64,000 bases of DNA from Lama guanicoe (Eukaryota), in contig MU054026.1 of assembly GCA_013239625.1 (NCBI GenBank), positions 372,001-436,000 on the forward strand, read 5' to 3'. How positions within the stretch are numbered: the first letter of the stretch is position 1; each line of letters starts with the position of its first letter. The notes beneath the pieces are model-generated. The model ran no database searches, was not told where the DNA came from, and worked only from the letters and a program-made list of their open reading frames with translations. Shown in pieces: positions 43,874-56,646 of the stretch. Position numbers and translations under genes: made by a program.

Positions 43874-44736
43874 TAGTCTACTCTTCTTACGTAACAAATG
43901 TTAGGGTTTTAACAACCCATTTCCCCTTGTCCCGGCCCGTAGACTCTTAAGTAGCGTGGATTAAGAAAGAGACCTCATTTGTGTATATATTTATACGACA
44001 CCTCTCAAGTCCTGTGCAGCAAGCTTTATCCCCTTCCCTGTTCGCACCTGCAGTCACATGAGTAAGTCACTGTCTCAAGAGAGAAAGCTTACTATCACAG
44101 TGCCCCTTGTCCTGAAAAGTTCAGTTTCTCTTTATGTTCCTGATAGATACCTGATTCCTGATACCCCCAGGCCAAGCAGGCTAAAGATCAGAAACAAAAT
44201 ATTGTAATCATATGGAGAAGAACACAGCCGTTCTTTATCCTCCTCATCCATACTGTTGGCTTACAGGGGGTTCTTACTGTGTCAGGAGAGTGGACGCCTG
44301 AAGGATAAAGGGAAGCCGTCACATCGATGAACAGCTATTCAGAACTGTCTTACCCTGAGTTACAGCAAGAGGTGGGAGGAAGGGTAGCAGATTTGAAGAT
44401 TTTTATTTGGATTAATTTCTGACTTTCTGATTCATTGGGGAGGAGAGTGTATGTAAAACACTTTATTTATCCAAAGGTAACATAAAACGATCTTAAATAT
44501 CAGTGTGGTTATTAATATTAAACTTCATAGACAGATAGTAACAGCTTTTTAACTGTTGCAGAAGTATAAAGTTGTTAAAGATAGTGTAACTTTTTAATTA
44601 CAGAAGCCTAAAATTATAATAATCTCAAAGATGGAATTGCCCTGATGGCCGAAATTAGTAATTGGCACCCAAAGCCCTACGTTCTAAGCTGTTGACTCTG
44701 AACATTATTAGAAAGATATCTCTGCGGACTGAACAT

Positions 44737-45240
44737 GGCCTTAGTCCATTTGGGCTGCTGTTAAACAAAATTACAGAGATGAAGTGGCTTATAAACAGCA
44801 GGAATTTATTTCTCATGCTTCTGGGGGCTAGAAGTAACTGGATTAGCGTGCCAGCACGGTCAGGCGAGGGCTCTCTTCTGGTCAGAGACTTGAATCTTCA
44901 TAGGGTGACAGGGGAAGCTCTGTGGGGTCTCTTTTTAAAAATTTTATTTTTGTTTTATTTGGGGAGAGGCTATTAGGTTTATATATTTACTTATTTTTAA
45001 TGGCAGTGCTGGGGATTGAACCCAGGACCTCGTCGTGGTAGCGCATGCGCTCTACCACTGAGCTCTACCCTCCGCCCCAGTGGGGTCTCTTTTATAAAAG
45101 TGGGCTGATCACATTCAGGAGGGCCCCACCCTCAGGAGCTGAGTACCTCCCAAAGGCCCCACCCCCTAATGCCATCACAGTGGGTGTTAGTATTTCGACT
45201 TGGATTTGGAGGGACAACAATGTTTAGATCATTGTAAACA
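44737..45240 (-). mobile_element. MaLR solo LTR (MLT1A-like) split by a SINE
   Basis: ttagtccatttgggctgctg...aatttatttctcatgcttctggggg...cctcccaaaggccccacc. Confidence 0.8.
44936..45079 (-). mobile_element. tRNA-derived SINE (camelid-type) nested in MaLR LTR
   Basis: gtgctggggattgaacccaggacc...ctctaccactgagct; 14-bp TSD gtggggtctctttt at 44922-44935 and 45080-45093. Confidence 0.92.
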
Positions 45241-46049
45241 TGAAAGAGGCTAACGTCTTTTACCTAATTTCATGAGTCTTTGGCAAGCAATGAGAGAGAT
45301 TTTAATGTAAAAGTTTGGTTATCTAACAATTTAAGAAACTCCCCCGTCCCCAAACACCAACTAGGAAATGGACTAATTATTACAGTGGTTTTGGGCTTGG
45401 ATTATTTTTTGTTCATTTAAGCTCGTCCATCAAGAAACGTAATTGGTTGATGACAATTTTCTCAGCTAAAATTGATGGCTGCCCCAGATTTCACATGTTG
45501 TTGCCCCTCACCTTTTTTGCATTGCTGTTTTCCAAGTCTGTTTTTTGCTGTTTATTTTAAACCCATTAATCTCTGTCATCTATTCACTCTTTCCTGACTT
45601 CACTTGTGTTCTAACAGTGTTTTTATCAAACCATGTCTCCCAGTTTCTTCTGCCAGTTATGTGGTTCTTATTCTTGTTAGGTCTTTTGTTTCAACTCTTG
45701 TTTCTCTTTTAAACAATCATGATTTTATTGTTTAAGCTTTTGTTACCAGCTGTCTTTATAGTATCATCTTCTAATATATGAAGCAATTTATTGTATGGAA
45801 AAAAAGTGTATGCATTAGTCATTTTTCCTTGGATTAGTTATTCTCTAGCTATTTGTTCTAGTTTCAAGTAAGTGAACCTTGAACAAAAGGTATTTCACCA
45901 TATTCTTCCCCAGAAAGTTATTTCATAAAAGGTTTCTTTGCTTTCTGCTGTTTTCTCAAAAATATGAAGTAACCAATTGCAACATAAACTTGACTTTAAA
46001 GTCATAATAATAATACTGAAAAGTGATGCTGTAATAGGCTAAAATTAAT

Positions 46050-46193
46050 TTTTGTTGTTGTTTAATTTTATTTTTTGTGTAGGGGGAGGTAATTAGGTTT
46101 TATTTTTTTTTAGAGGAGGTGCTGGGGATTGAACCCAGGACCTTGTGAATGCTAAGCATGCACTCTACCACTTGAGCTATACCCTCCCCCCCA
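46050..46193 (-). mobile_element. tRNA-derived SINE (camelid-type)
   Basis: ggggaggtaattaggtttt...gaggtgctggggattgaacccaggaccttgtgaatgctaagcatgcactctaccacttgagctataccc. Confidence 0.92.
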
Positions 46194-46473
46194 TAATTTA
46201 TATTTCATAGTGGTTGGCTTTTTTTAGAAGTAGATTTCTATACTTTGTGAAATAACAGTTGTTGGCATTACTTAATACCTAGAAATGTTTTGCATTGGCC
46301 TCGTGAATGAAAGCCAACTAGAGAAACAGAGTAGCACATTCAAGGCTGAAGTCTTCAGAGGAGCAGATTTTTCAGGTTATCGAAAGTAATCCTAACAAAG
46401 TTCAACAATATTTTCCTGTTCCTATAATGTATTTTGGTACATATATATCAATTTCTTTTTAAGTTTTTTGAAA

Positions 46474-46644
46474 CTGACAACTTGTTTTATTGCATTTCAC
46501 TTTATTGCGTTCTGCAGACAATAATTTTGAAAGTTTGTGGCAACGCTGTCTTGAGCAAGTGTATTGGTGTCATTTTTTTCCAACAACATTTGCTCACTCT
46601 GTGTCTCTGTGTCACATTTTGGGAGTTTTCAGAGTATTTCAAAC
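46474..46644 (+). mobile_element. Tigger1 5'-terminal fragment (~170 bp)
   Basis: cttgttttattgcatttcactttattgcg...gtttgtggcaac...tgtgtctctgtgtcacattttgg...atttcaaac follows the recalled Tigger1 5' end. Confidence 0.8.
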
Positions 46645-46649
46645 AAAGG

Positions 46650-47500
46650 GCATCTGCCTTTGAAAGATCGCTGCAGAGGCTGAAATCTGCAAACTTGTGT
46701 TGTAGTCTTTTCCTTGAAGACACTCTCCAGATTGGTTTGGGTGCAGCCTTATTGAGGTGCAAAAGGACAGAGTTTGGAGCTGGTAGGGATAGCCAAGAAG
46801 TTAGGGGACAGATTTTGGAAAGGTGAAAGTCACAGTGGTATAAAGTCCCCCTTCCTCTAATCTGCATATAAAATTTTCCCAGATCCTGGCTGAAAGGGAA
46901 ACTGTGCTGATCCAGTGATCCCAGGGGATGGGGAAGCAGCAGCCAGAAGCCAAAAAAACTGAGCAGTTCCCAGCTGTTGTTCCTCACAGGAAGGACAGAT
47001 AACTGGATTTGATGCTAACCAAGTTGACCTCCCGCTATAATGATTCTTCACAGGAACACAAGAAAATTCATTCTCTATAATGTATCCAAAATGCCTAATA
47101 TCTAATAAAAAAATAAAATCACTAGATATGTGATGAAATAGAAAAATATGTGACCCACAGCCAATAAAAAGAAGCAGTCAGTTAAAGAAGCATGTTCAAC
47201 GTGTTCAAAGGCTTAAGGGAATTAAAGGGTATAATGACTGAACAGATGAAGATCTCAACATAAAAATAAAAGCTAGGAAGGGAAAAAGCAAAACGAAAAT
47301 TCTAGAGCTGAAAGTATAATAGCTAAAATGAAGTGTTAGCTGGACAGCTTTAAGAACAGATTAGGTCATGGCATTAGAAGGAATCAGTGAATTTAAAGAT
47401 AAATCAATAGAAATTATAGAATCTGAAGAACAGAGAGAGTGTAGCTTGGAGGAAATGCTTAGAAGCTGAAGGACCCAGGGGACAGTAACAAGTAGCCAAC
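46650..47500 (+). mobile_element. Old L1 (5'/ORF1 region) remnant
   Basis: A-rich; aaattctagagctgaaagtataatagctaaaatgaa...atcagtgaatttaaagataaatcaatagaaattata typical of decayed L1M ORF1. Confidence 0.6.
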
Positions 47501-47601
47501 ACAAGGCAGCATATGTGGTACCAAGTCAACCACTTACATGCAGTTAACCTTCTTTGTTGTAAAAGAGAATGTTTTCATGTTTGGTAAATTACATTTTCTT
47601 T

Positions 47602-47754
47602 TTTTTCTTTTTTTTCTTTATTTTTTTTGGTTTTTTGGAGGGGGGAGTAATTAGGTTTCTTTATTCTTTTGATGGAGGTCGTGGGGATTGAATCTGGGAC
47701 CTTGTGCGTGCTAGGCACACACTCTACCACTGACCTATACCCTCCCCTCTAATA
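47602..47754 (-). mobile_element. tRNA-derived SINE (camelid-type)
   Basis: Same family as 46050; TSD acattttcttt at 47591-47601 and 47755-47765. Confidence 0.9.
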
Positions 47755-49141
47755 ACATTTTCTTTACATGCCAAATATATATTTTCTGTTTGTGATTTAA
47801 GCACTTACCTAAGTATGCAAGTGTTGATAAATTGGGTTAAAGGTTTTGGTGGTGGGGGTTTTTTTTCCTGCCCTGTGGCTTTTTGATTTTCTTAAAAATT
47901 AGTTTCAGAATTGTCACATGACCTCTCTAAGTAGAAGTCAAGGAATATAAAGAATTTAATGGATTATAATCAAGGAAAATGTGTATCTTTAACTGGGTTC
48001 CAGAAATTGGGGAGATAGTTCATTAATACTTTTAGATCTCCATCCACCAATTGTCCTTTGTTTTTTATATCTACCTCTTTCACCTCCTCCGTCCTGAGGC
48101 TGCAGGGCTGTCAGATCATCTGGTATACTTCCAATGCAGTGACGAGGAAAAAGCGCTGAGTTGGGGCCATGGGTTGTAGTACTGTCTGCCCTCTCTTCCT
48201 AGTTTTACAGTAGTCAAACTCTGTGCTTAAAAGGAAATACTAAATGTGGACCACTTTTTATCCTAGCCTGCCTTTTCTGAAGTGTATATGCTTTGTAAAT
48301 TCTCTGTGTCTCAGTCTCTGTGTCTTATAGATGGAGATATTATCTCCCTTAGAGCCATCTGAGAGTCAAGTGAAACACTGCCCGTAAAGTGCCTTGCACA
48401 GTGTTTTGCACAAAGTAGTCATTCTGTCACACTGGCTTTTGCATTTAGGGAACTATTCTTATCTGTAACCTCTACTAATTTTTCTAGTAATCAGAATGTA
48501 AAAAGAGATATATAAAGATCCTTTCATATGTATCTTTTTATGTGAAATAATGAAAAATTCCTCTGTCTTTGGAAATTATAGGCCAGTTGAAGTACTTCTG
48601 TGCAGAAGTATGGGGAACTCCTGTAGGAAGGGGGACACTTTAGAGATCTAGTTTAGTTCATTTTGCCAGTGATGACATGGTTCCTGTCCTTGTGTGGTCC
48701 ATGAACGTGAGGGAGAATATTCATGTAAGCTCACCTTCCTAAATCCATTTCATAAAGTGAAGACAATTGTTAAGCGTTACATCCCAATTTAAATTTTATG
48801 TAGTAGTTCTCACTTTGAAATGCAAAAATAAAAAAAGCACACCTTTAAGAGAACAAATTTTATATGTTTTTTTAAATTTGCAGGGCCCAACAATTATATT
48901 TTCCATTGACTCTGTTACTGTGTTTCTGAAAAAATATTTACAACCAACAAAGATATAAAGAGCAAATAGCAAAGAAGAAAAGTTCCACATTCAAGAGAAT
49001 AGTGTTCAGAACTCCATATACATTATGAATCATTTCTTTGGCATAGAAATAGCTTCTGATATATTGTAATCATGTCTATATCTGTTTGTTTCTGTCTCTT
49101 TTTGATATGTGTCCATTTTTGTTTGTTCAAAAGACTCATAG

Positions 49142-49333
<192 letters not shown>

Positions 49334-49551
49334 TAGACTCCTCGCAGAACCACACCTTTCTCCTGCCAGTGGCCCATCGTTTCTGTTTTTTTGGTCAAAC
49401 CTCTTGACATCTCACGAGCCTTCCGACGTGAACGTGTTTGTGATCCATCAGTAACTCTAAAACGCCCCACTGAAATGTTCTTAGTAACGACTAAATTGTG
49501 GAGTGTCAGCACAGGTGTGTTCATGCTTTGAAGTCAGTGCTGACTATAAAC

Positions 49552-49637
49552 TTTTTTTTTTTAATTGAAGTATAGTCAGTAGGAGCTTATGGTGAAAAAG
49601 AATATGAAAACAAATATATGTATATTCATGTATGACT
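49552..49637 (-). mobile_element. Tiny 5'-inverted (twin-primed) L1 insertion
   Basis: 49552-49580 is an antisense L1 3' end; 49581-49637 is the reverse complement of sequence at ~6741-6794 of the longer L1 copy. Confidence 0.75.
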
Positions 49638-51237
49638 CTGAGCCCTTCTTGAGAATGATCTAGACCCAGTCTAGCAGAAGTCTTGACAAGTGAGATGTGG
49701 ACACTTGTTGGCTTTTGCTGAATGGTGAAGTGCTGGGAAGGGAGGTTAGAAGGGAGGTAAAGCAGTGCAAACAGCACATAGAAAAGGTCTGTCTGGAGAC
49801 TGACCGCCAGCAGACTCTTCCATGCAAACAACGGAGGGAAGGAGTTTTTACACTAGCCTTGTTGATAAACCTCAGATTTTAAAACCTGTTTTGCCTTTGA
49901 ATTTCATAATGAGGATTATCATGGAAATGATGAGCGAACAGAAATATGAGGCCACTTTCCTCTCCCAGATCCTAACACGCCTCTCCCTGTGAACACCTTC
50001 CTTACTTTACGCATTCAGTTAATAATTTTACTGATCGCCCTAGCTCAAAGCTTGTCTGTTTTGACTTTTCCCTCACTCAGTAGTATCCAGATTGTCACCA
50101 AGCCTTGTGAGCTGCTTTAACCGTTTTCCAATTACTGTTTTCTTTTGTTTTCTCGCTACTGCCATTTTAGCCTGGTGGCAGTTCACCTTGCGATGCCTTG
50201 GACGACTGAAACTCTTCGTGACTGTTCTCTTCGTTTTCATCTTTTTTCTTCTCTCAGCATTTGATCTTTATTCTACTGAGCAAAATCAGATGTATTTTCA
50301 CAAAATAATGTTTTACCTTGTTTTGTTTCATTTTTTATTTAAATATGGAAAAATGTTTCCCAGTTGCCTTAATGTGACGTCCAATCTCTAGCCACTCGAG
50401 GCCTCCCAGGATGTTTTGTTCTAAGCTTCTTCCTAAACTGTCCCCCTAAAACTCTTTATATTTTTGCTCTCTTCCACTTCTCTGGCTGCTCTGCTGCTCC
50501 ATTTCTTCAGCCCAGAAATATCCTTCTTCTTAATAATCTTCTCTGAACCCCTGCTTGCCAAAACCCAACCTGTCCTTCCGAGATCTGTTCTTAATGCCAC
50601 TCTGATTCATCTTCCTCTGAATATTAATAGCACTTTGTACTTCTATTACAAGCTGTACTTACATTTTGTTTCCTATTACAGATATTTGGATACTTGCCTT
50701 AAAACCCCTAAAATGCAAACTCCTTGAAGGCTGGGATGTCTGTCAGTGACCCTTTGCACTGTGCCTTTATACACTTAAGAAATATGTAATGAACATAAGG
50801 GATTTTTTTTCCTGTAAATGTTGGCCTGTACTCTCTTCCTCACTTAACAAAAAATGTTTCTTCTCTCTGAGCACCAATCTGAGTCATACTTTATTACAAA
50901 TGCCAACTAACTCATGGTCTACTTCATATGTCATTTATCACAGCGAGTCAGTCCCTAGGAGAGTAAACTGCGACTCAGGTAGTAGGTAAGTGACTTGTCA
51001 AAGTCACCCAGCTAGCTAATGGTAGATCTGACCCACATATAGCACAGCAGGATGTTTCAGAGCCATAGGGGAAAATCCCAGAGAAGTATGACTTAGCCAA
51101 ACTTCATGTGTCTTAACAAGGGACAGAACCAAGACTCATGCCCAAATCTTTTGACCCCCACATCCAACCAGTGATGAACTAAGGTGGTTTTCTGGCTTAT
51201 CAAATTCACATCTTCTTTATCAGAATCCCATAATCTT

Positions 51238-51306
51238 ATTTTTTATTGAGGTATAGTTGATTTATAATATTATGTAAGTTTTAGGTGTACAGTGTAGTGA
51301 TTCACA
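51238..51306 (-). mobile_element. Short L1 3'-end insertion
   Basis: ttttattgaggtatagttgatttataatattatgtaagttttaggtgtaca; TSD agaatcccata at 51222-51232 and 51307-51317. Confidence 0.8.
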
Positions 51307-52556
51307 AGAATCCCATATTCTTTATTCTAAGAAATGAACTTGCAGATTCTCATACTGTTTTTAGATTTCTTTAAATATGTCACCTGTGCTATTGTACAAT
51401 TGAAACAATATTAATAGAAGAGTAACCTAAGGATATTAAATTTCATTGGAATTTACTTAGGCATTGAAGGGTACTGGAGATACTAAACCAGGTCTTAACT
51501 TCACACAAGTCTCTTCAAATTATACAATTATAAAAGCATAGTTGTTTGTCACCTAATCTCTGAGGACGTTTATTTTCTCTTTGAAACTCACATTCCTTAT
51601 ATATCTATTTTCTAAGTATTGGTACTAATAAGTCACACACACTCTCAAATTCTGATGACCAACATTTTTTTTTTGGTCACTCAACAGTATTTATTATAAG
51701 GATGCATATTGCTAAATGATGCATGCTAATTTTTGTGCATTAATCACTATGGATTATAGAACCCAGTTTTTAAATAATGCAGGTAGACAGATGCATGTTA
51801 GTCAAAGTTATAGTTGTTTCTGCATGAAAGAAATCATATTCTGAAAAATGACTAAAAAATTGCCAGATACAACTATTTTGCTGAAATGCTGAAAGGACTC
51901 ATTTTATTCCATCATGCCATTTGCAAGGAAGGGTAGAGATTAAATACTGCAATATTTGTTGCCTAGCAACACCCATCTATTAGTGGTACAAATTTGCCAC
52001 TGAAAAACACTTTTCTTTGGGTCATTGTCTTTGAAATTGCTTCATCAGAACTCTTCTTGCCGTTGAAATTGTCTTTATATTGCTTTCTAGTTTTGTTTGC
52101 GCCATAAGTAGAGGTCACTTAGTTTGGGGCACTTACTGCTCTAAACTGTACCTTTCAATGGAAATCTCTCCCACTGCAGCCCATTTCTTTCCAGTTTCAA
52201 CTTTTTCCTGTCCGTCTGTCGCTATACTGATTACTAGTAGAATTCTGGAGAATGGGAGTGTGGTGTCCATTAATCTCATTACATATTAAATCTAATTAAA
52301 TGAAGCTTGATAGATTAACTAGGGTTAGAGATCTGTTTTTTGCACACTAAACATAGAATATTGAGAACAGATTGGATTCAGAAATTTTACCTAAGTCCCA
52401 GCTCAGGATACTAAGAACGTAGCACTGCCATCCGTTTGGCAAGAACTCTTCCTTGGTCCCTTTGGTGTTCAAGGAGTTAAGAGCACAGGTCCAGGCAGAG
52501 GGTCACATAAATGTGTGGTCCCTTCCTCTTCACCTTTGACTGAAGAGAATCCAGCT

Positions 52557-52587
52557 ACACACACACACATACACACATGCACACACT
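52557..52587. repeat. Imperfect (CA)n microsatellite
   Basis: acacacacacacatacacacatgcacacac. Confidence 0.9.
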
Positions 52588-53501
52588 TAGACTTTGGAAC
52601 ATTAAAAAAAAAACAAACAATGAAAGGAGGAAATTTCTATGTTTATTATGCCTGACATTTCCCCTGAAGGACAGTGTCCTCTAATAAATGTCAGGGTCTC
52701 CCTCAGAAGTGTTTGAGATCCCAGGTTCCTCCCATGGCATGACATGACCACTCTGAATGTGACTGCAAGCACTGAAGGTTCTCATTTCTCTGCTACAACG
52801 TGGCCTCTGATTTCAAGCCATCTGCCCTGTCTGCTGCTCAAAGAAATAGATTTTTTGTATCAGCACTAGGGGAAAGGTTCCTATTTTGGGCTCTTTGAGA
52901 GATGACTGTCTCTAAGGTGTTCCCTTCTGAAGAGCTTTTCTTGAGTAATTTTGTCTATTTATATTCCTGACTTACCTTATATACTGTTCTCAGTACTTAG
53001 ACCCCGTGTGGGATGTTTCCACTGCAACCACTCTGCTCTCTCATCGGCTTGCAGAAGACCTAGATGCAAAAGATGCCCTAAGGAGAAAAGAAGATAGTAT
53101 TTTTCTTTGAAGTCTTCAGCAGAATTGATTCCATTTGAAGTTTTCTTGGTTTTATTTTTGTTTTTAAAAGAACCATCATTTCTGATTTTACATCATACGG
53201 ACCTTATTTTACCATTAGGAGTAATGAGCAGCAGTGTGAAATATTTTATTGAACAAAACAAACAGTATTGAGCTTGAGGGCCAAATAGAAAGTCTTCTGC
53301 TCTGAAACCAAGTGTTTGTTAATTTAGCGAATTAATTTTCTAAAGAGTCAGATGATTCCCAGACCACTGGCTTAAATAACATAAAACCAGAATATCACAC
53401 AGAACAACTTTGTGTCCCACATTTATTCCTAATACACTGGAGCTATCCTGGGAGAAATAAGAACAAGAAACAAACAAGAGTATTAATAGTAACAGCTTAT
53501 T

Positions 53502-54014
53502 TGTTACCGAGTCTAAACTCGTTCTGCTCGCTGCACTACAGGCCAGTGAATCGGGAGACAAGGTGTTGGGGCAAGGAATAGTGACTTTTATTCAGAAAGC
53601 CAGCCGACTCAGAAGATGGCAGATTAATGTCCTGGAGAACCATCCTACCCAAGTCAGAATTAAGGCTGTTTTTATACTAAAAAGCAGGGGGGGGTGGTTG
53701 CAAACTTTGCTGTAGGAATTCTTTGTTCTAGCAGCCGTCCATGTGGGGTCAGGTCATGGTGCCCCTGTAAACCTCCAATAAAACAAAGGTTATTTTCTAT
53801 TTTGCAACTTGTTATCTTTATATCAGTGCAGAAGTGTTAACATCCTTAAAGGTCAGAGCCTTGAGAATAGGCTCTCCTGTCTATTTCAGGCAAAAGGCAA
53901 CATTCCTTTACAAAAGGTGCAGAGCTGGCAAGACTGAGCCTAGAAAACAGGGCACAGGGTTAAAGCCAAAGGAATAGATCTAATATGGAGTCAGATTTGT
54001 TATTTTCTATTACG
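53502..54014 (-). mobile_element. ERV1-type solo LTR
   Basis: tgttacc...attacg ends; near-TSD tatt/tgtt; minus-strand AATAAA at 53587-53592; start resembles the 26687 LTR (cagaaagccagc). Confidence 0.78.
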
Positions 54015-55072
54015 TGTTGAACACTTAAATGTGCCAGGAATTATGTAAACTTGTTGTCTGCAACACCTTGTTTAATCTACACACCTGTGAAGAAGGTGTG
54101 TTTGATAGATAAGAAACCTAAGCCTTAGACAGGTTAATTATCTTGCCCAAGGTCTTAAGGTTAATAGGTGAAAAAGTCCAGATTCAAACTCAAACTTTGG
54201 GTTGTAGAAATAGATAGTTTCTAGATAATATTTTTCTCAATATACATCTAAGCCTTAGCTTATTAGATATGAATAGATTGTGTAGTGAGTCACGAGCTTT
54301 TAAAAATAGACTTGCAAATTTAAAAAATGATCTTTTAATTTTCTCCCCTTCATCTTTCATCCAAACATCAAAAGAAAAAAAAACGAGCCATGTGAGTAGC
54401 CAATAGTATATGATGTAAAAAGGAATCATTGGAAACAGTTAATCCCAGATAAATATGACAAATACGGGATAAAACTTAATTTTGCACATTAGCCAAAAAC
54501 CAGTCTTGAATTTTACTGAGCACATGTGCTCTCTTGTTGCATTGCAGTCAGCAATGCTACCCATTAAAATCCATGATGTTTAGAAAATATATTCTAAGTC
54601 CTTGCTACATTACAAATGTTTTAAGGTCTTAAGGTGAGTTAATTATTGTCATAGCAGCAGTCAGCGTAATGCCCCATAACTTTCAGCTAAAATTCCCTGC
54701 AGTTTATTTTTCATCCATACAAGTGTTACTCCCTTATCGTCTCTAAGGAAAATTTTCAGACACCTGAATATAATCCATGGTTAAGATTTACCCATTTGCT
54801 TCACTATCTGCTTTCAGTAAGATTATTTATTATACTATATGTTGTTTTCCTGCCTCTCTGTTGTATCAAACTTTTATGTAAATTATTCAAGTGTGAAGGG
54901 ACTTGAGTATTTTGGGACTGGCTCTGTTCCATAGTATTACTGACCCCCGCCACCCCATCCCACCCCTCATGGGCACAGACACTCAAAGTATTTAAGAAGT
55001 ATATCAGAGGCTGTCTGTTTAGTAGTAGCATTTTTATCACATACAAACATAGGTGTGGTTTTTATTTCTTTG

Positions 55073-55150
55073 CAGAACCATGTACATATTATGAGAGTTC
55101 TGGAGGAAATTTATGTTGAAATAGTAACACAATTTAGTCTTCAAGTTTGA
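55073..55150 (+). repeat. Direct repeat copy 1 (intron 24)
   Basis: 55073-55125 is identical over 53 nt to 56910-56962; similarity continues ~25 nt with about 5 mismatches. Confidence 0.97.
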
Positions 55151-56631
55151 AATAATTTAGACTGCCTAACATGTCAGAGCCTTCCACAGTTTGGCTTTAA
55201 TCGGCATTTTCAACTTTCTCCATCTTCCACCAGCCTTCAGAAGGAACCTTCTGTGTAGCTCTCCTGATTGACTTCAAGACAATTCCCATAACCGTATTTC
55301 CAGCACCTCCCCCGCTCCCCAAGCAGTACATCTTTGCTCTTTGCCTGGAACAAGTTCCCCACCCATTTGCCCACCTTCCATGTATGCGCCATGGTGTGAT
55401 GACTCTTTCTGGTAGAAGGATTTTGTCTTAAGTAACTTGGAGTCTCCCACAGAGCCTAAACTGTTCCTGATACAGCGTAGTGACCAAATTAATGTGTCTG
55501 GTTTTACATAAGTGCCAAGGACCATTGAGAAGTTTGTTTTCTCTGGTACTGCCTTTGAGAAGAGATTTAAGCAGCTTCTTAAGTTGTAAATTACATTCTT
55601 TTTATTAGCATTAAAAATAAATCTTAGCATATTCTTTCTAGATTTGCCACTTTATGTGGTATCAGATTAAAATCAACATATTTCATATTTATACACACAC
55701 ACAACATGTTTGTCAGCAAGGTTCTTCTTCCTTCACATCTTCTCTGAGTAATAATGAGTTGAAGTTCATTGAAACAAAGTTCCGTTGCACATAAATAGGA
55801 TTGTTAATTTCTCCACGATGAGGCCAGCATATGTTTGATTGGATCAGAGGGTACATGAGATGTGGATGACTCGGTGTATATTCACCCAAGCAGAACGATC
55901 GGAGTTATCCTTACTGAGACAATGGGTGATTATTCATGTTAAAGACAACAGCTATTAACGGTTGCACATGGTTTTGAGATAATTGTGAGGGTGCCTAGCA
56001 CAAAGCAGGTACTAAAAATGTTGCTATCTTTTATGTCTACTTGATATTTTATTACCAAACACTGTTAATGTATTGGCCCCCAAACAGCACTTGACTAGGC
56101 CTTTCTTGTTTTTTCAGGACTACTTCCTTTTTTTTTTTTATTTCTAGACCATTTCTATGGTGCATTGGCTGCACTCTGTGGAGTAAATTACAGGTTTTCA
56201 CAGTCCCTAAAAATGTCTCATGGACCAAGAACTTAGCTTACTACTAAAAATATTAATCATCTATCACTGAAGAATTTAGTGAGATTTTTGCCTTCCTCGT
56301 GCTGGATTCGTCTGTCATGTAATAGTGGGGTCATCTTGAGCTTACATTCAGCAAACATTCCCTCCCCCAAATATTTTCTCATATAAACTGATTTTTAAGC
56401 TAAGCCTTAGGCATCCTGTACATTGTAATTAATTGAAATCCTCTTCATGGCATGTAGTAAAGTAATTATTTCCCTTTTTTTGTTTAATTGTAGACTGGAG
56501 TTAGCTGAATTTCTTTTTCCCCTCATGGGTCATCTCTTTCCAAGCAGTTTTTTGAAACTGTCGACTGTTGTCTATTTTTCTTTGTGAATAGTAAAGCGAA
56601 TTATCTCCTATTTGTTTTTAATTTTTTATAG

Positions 56632-56646
56632 TACTGGAGAAAATGA
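56632..56646 (+). CDS. PIK3C3: PIK3C3 terminal exon 25, coding part (YWRK-stop)
   Basis: ttttttatag acceptor followed by TAC TGG AGA AAA TGA, the conserved VPS34 C-terminus; phase 0 matches exon 24. Confidence 0.95.
   Translation, partial: YWRK

Noticed and set aside
46434..46987. 130-aa and 161-aa opposing ORFs
   Set aside because: They span a Tigger1/L1 junction with no homology to a known protein; likely chance ORFs.
48499..48540. Imperfect AT-rich hairpin as a miRNA precursor
   Set aside because: Too short and low in complexity; no recognisable family.
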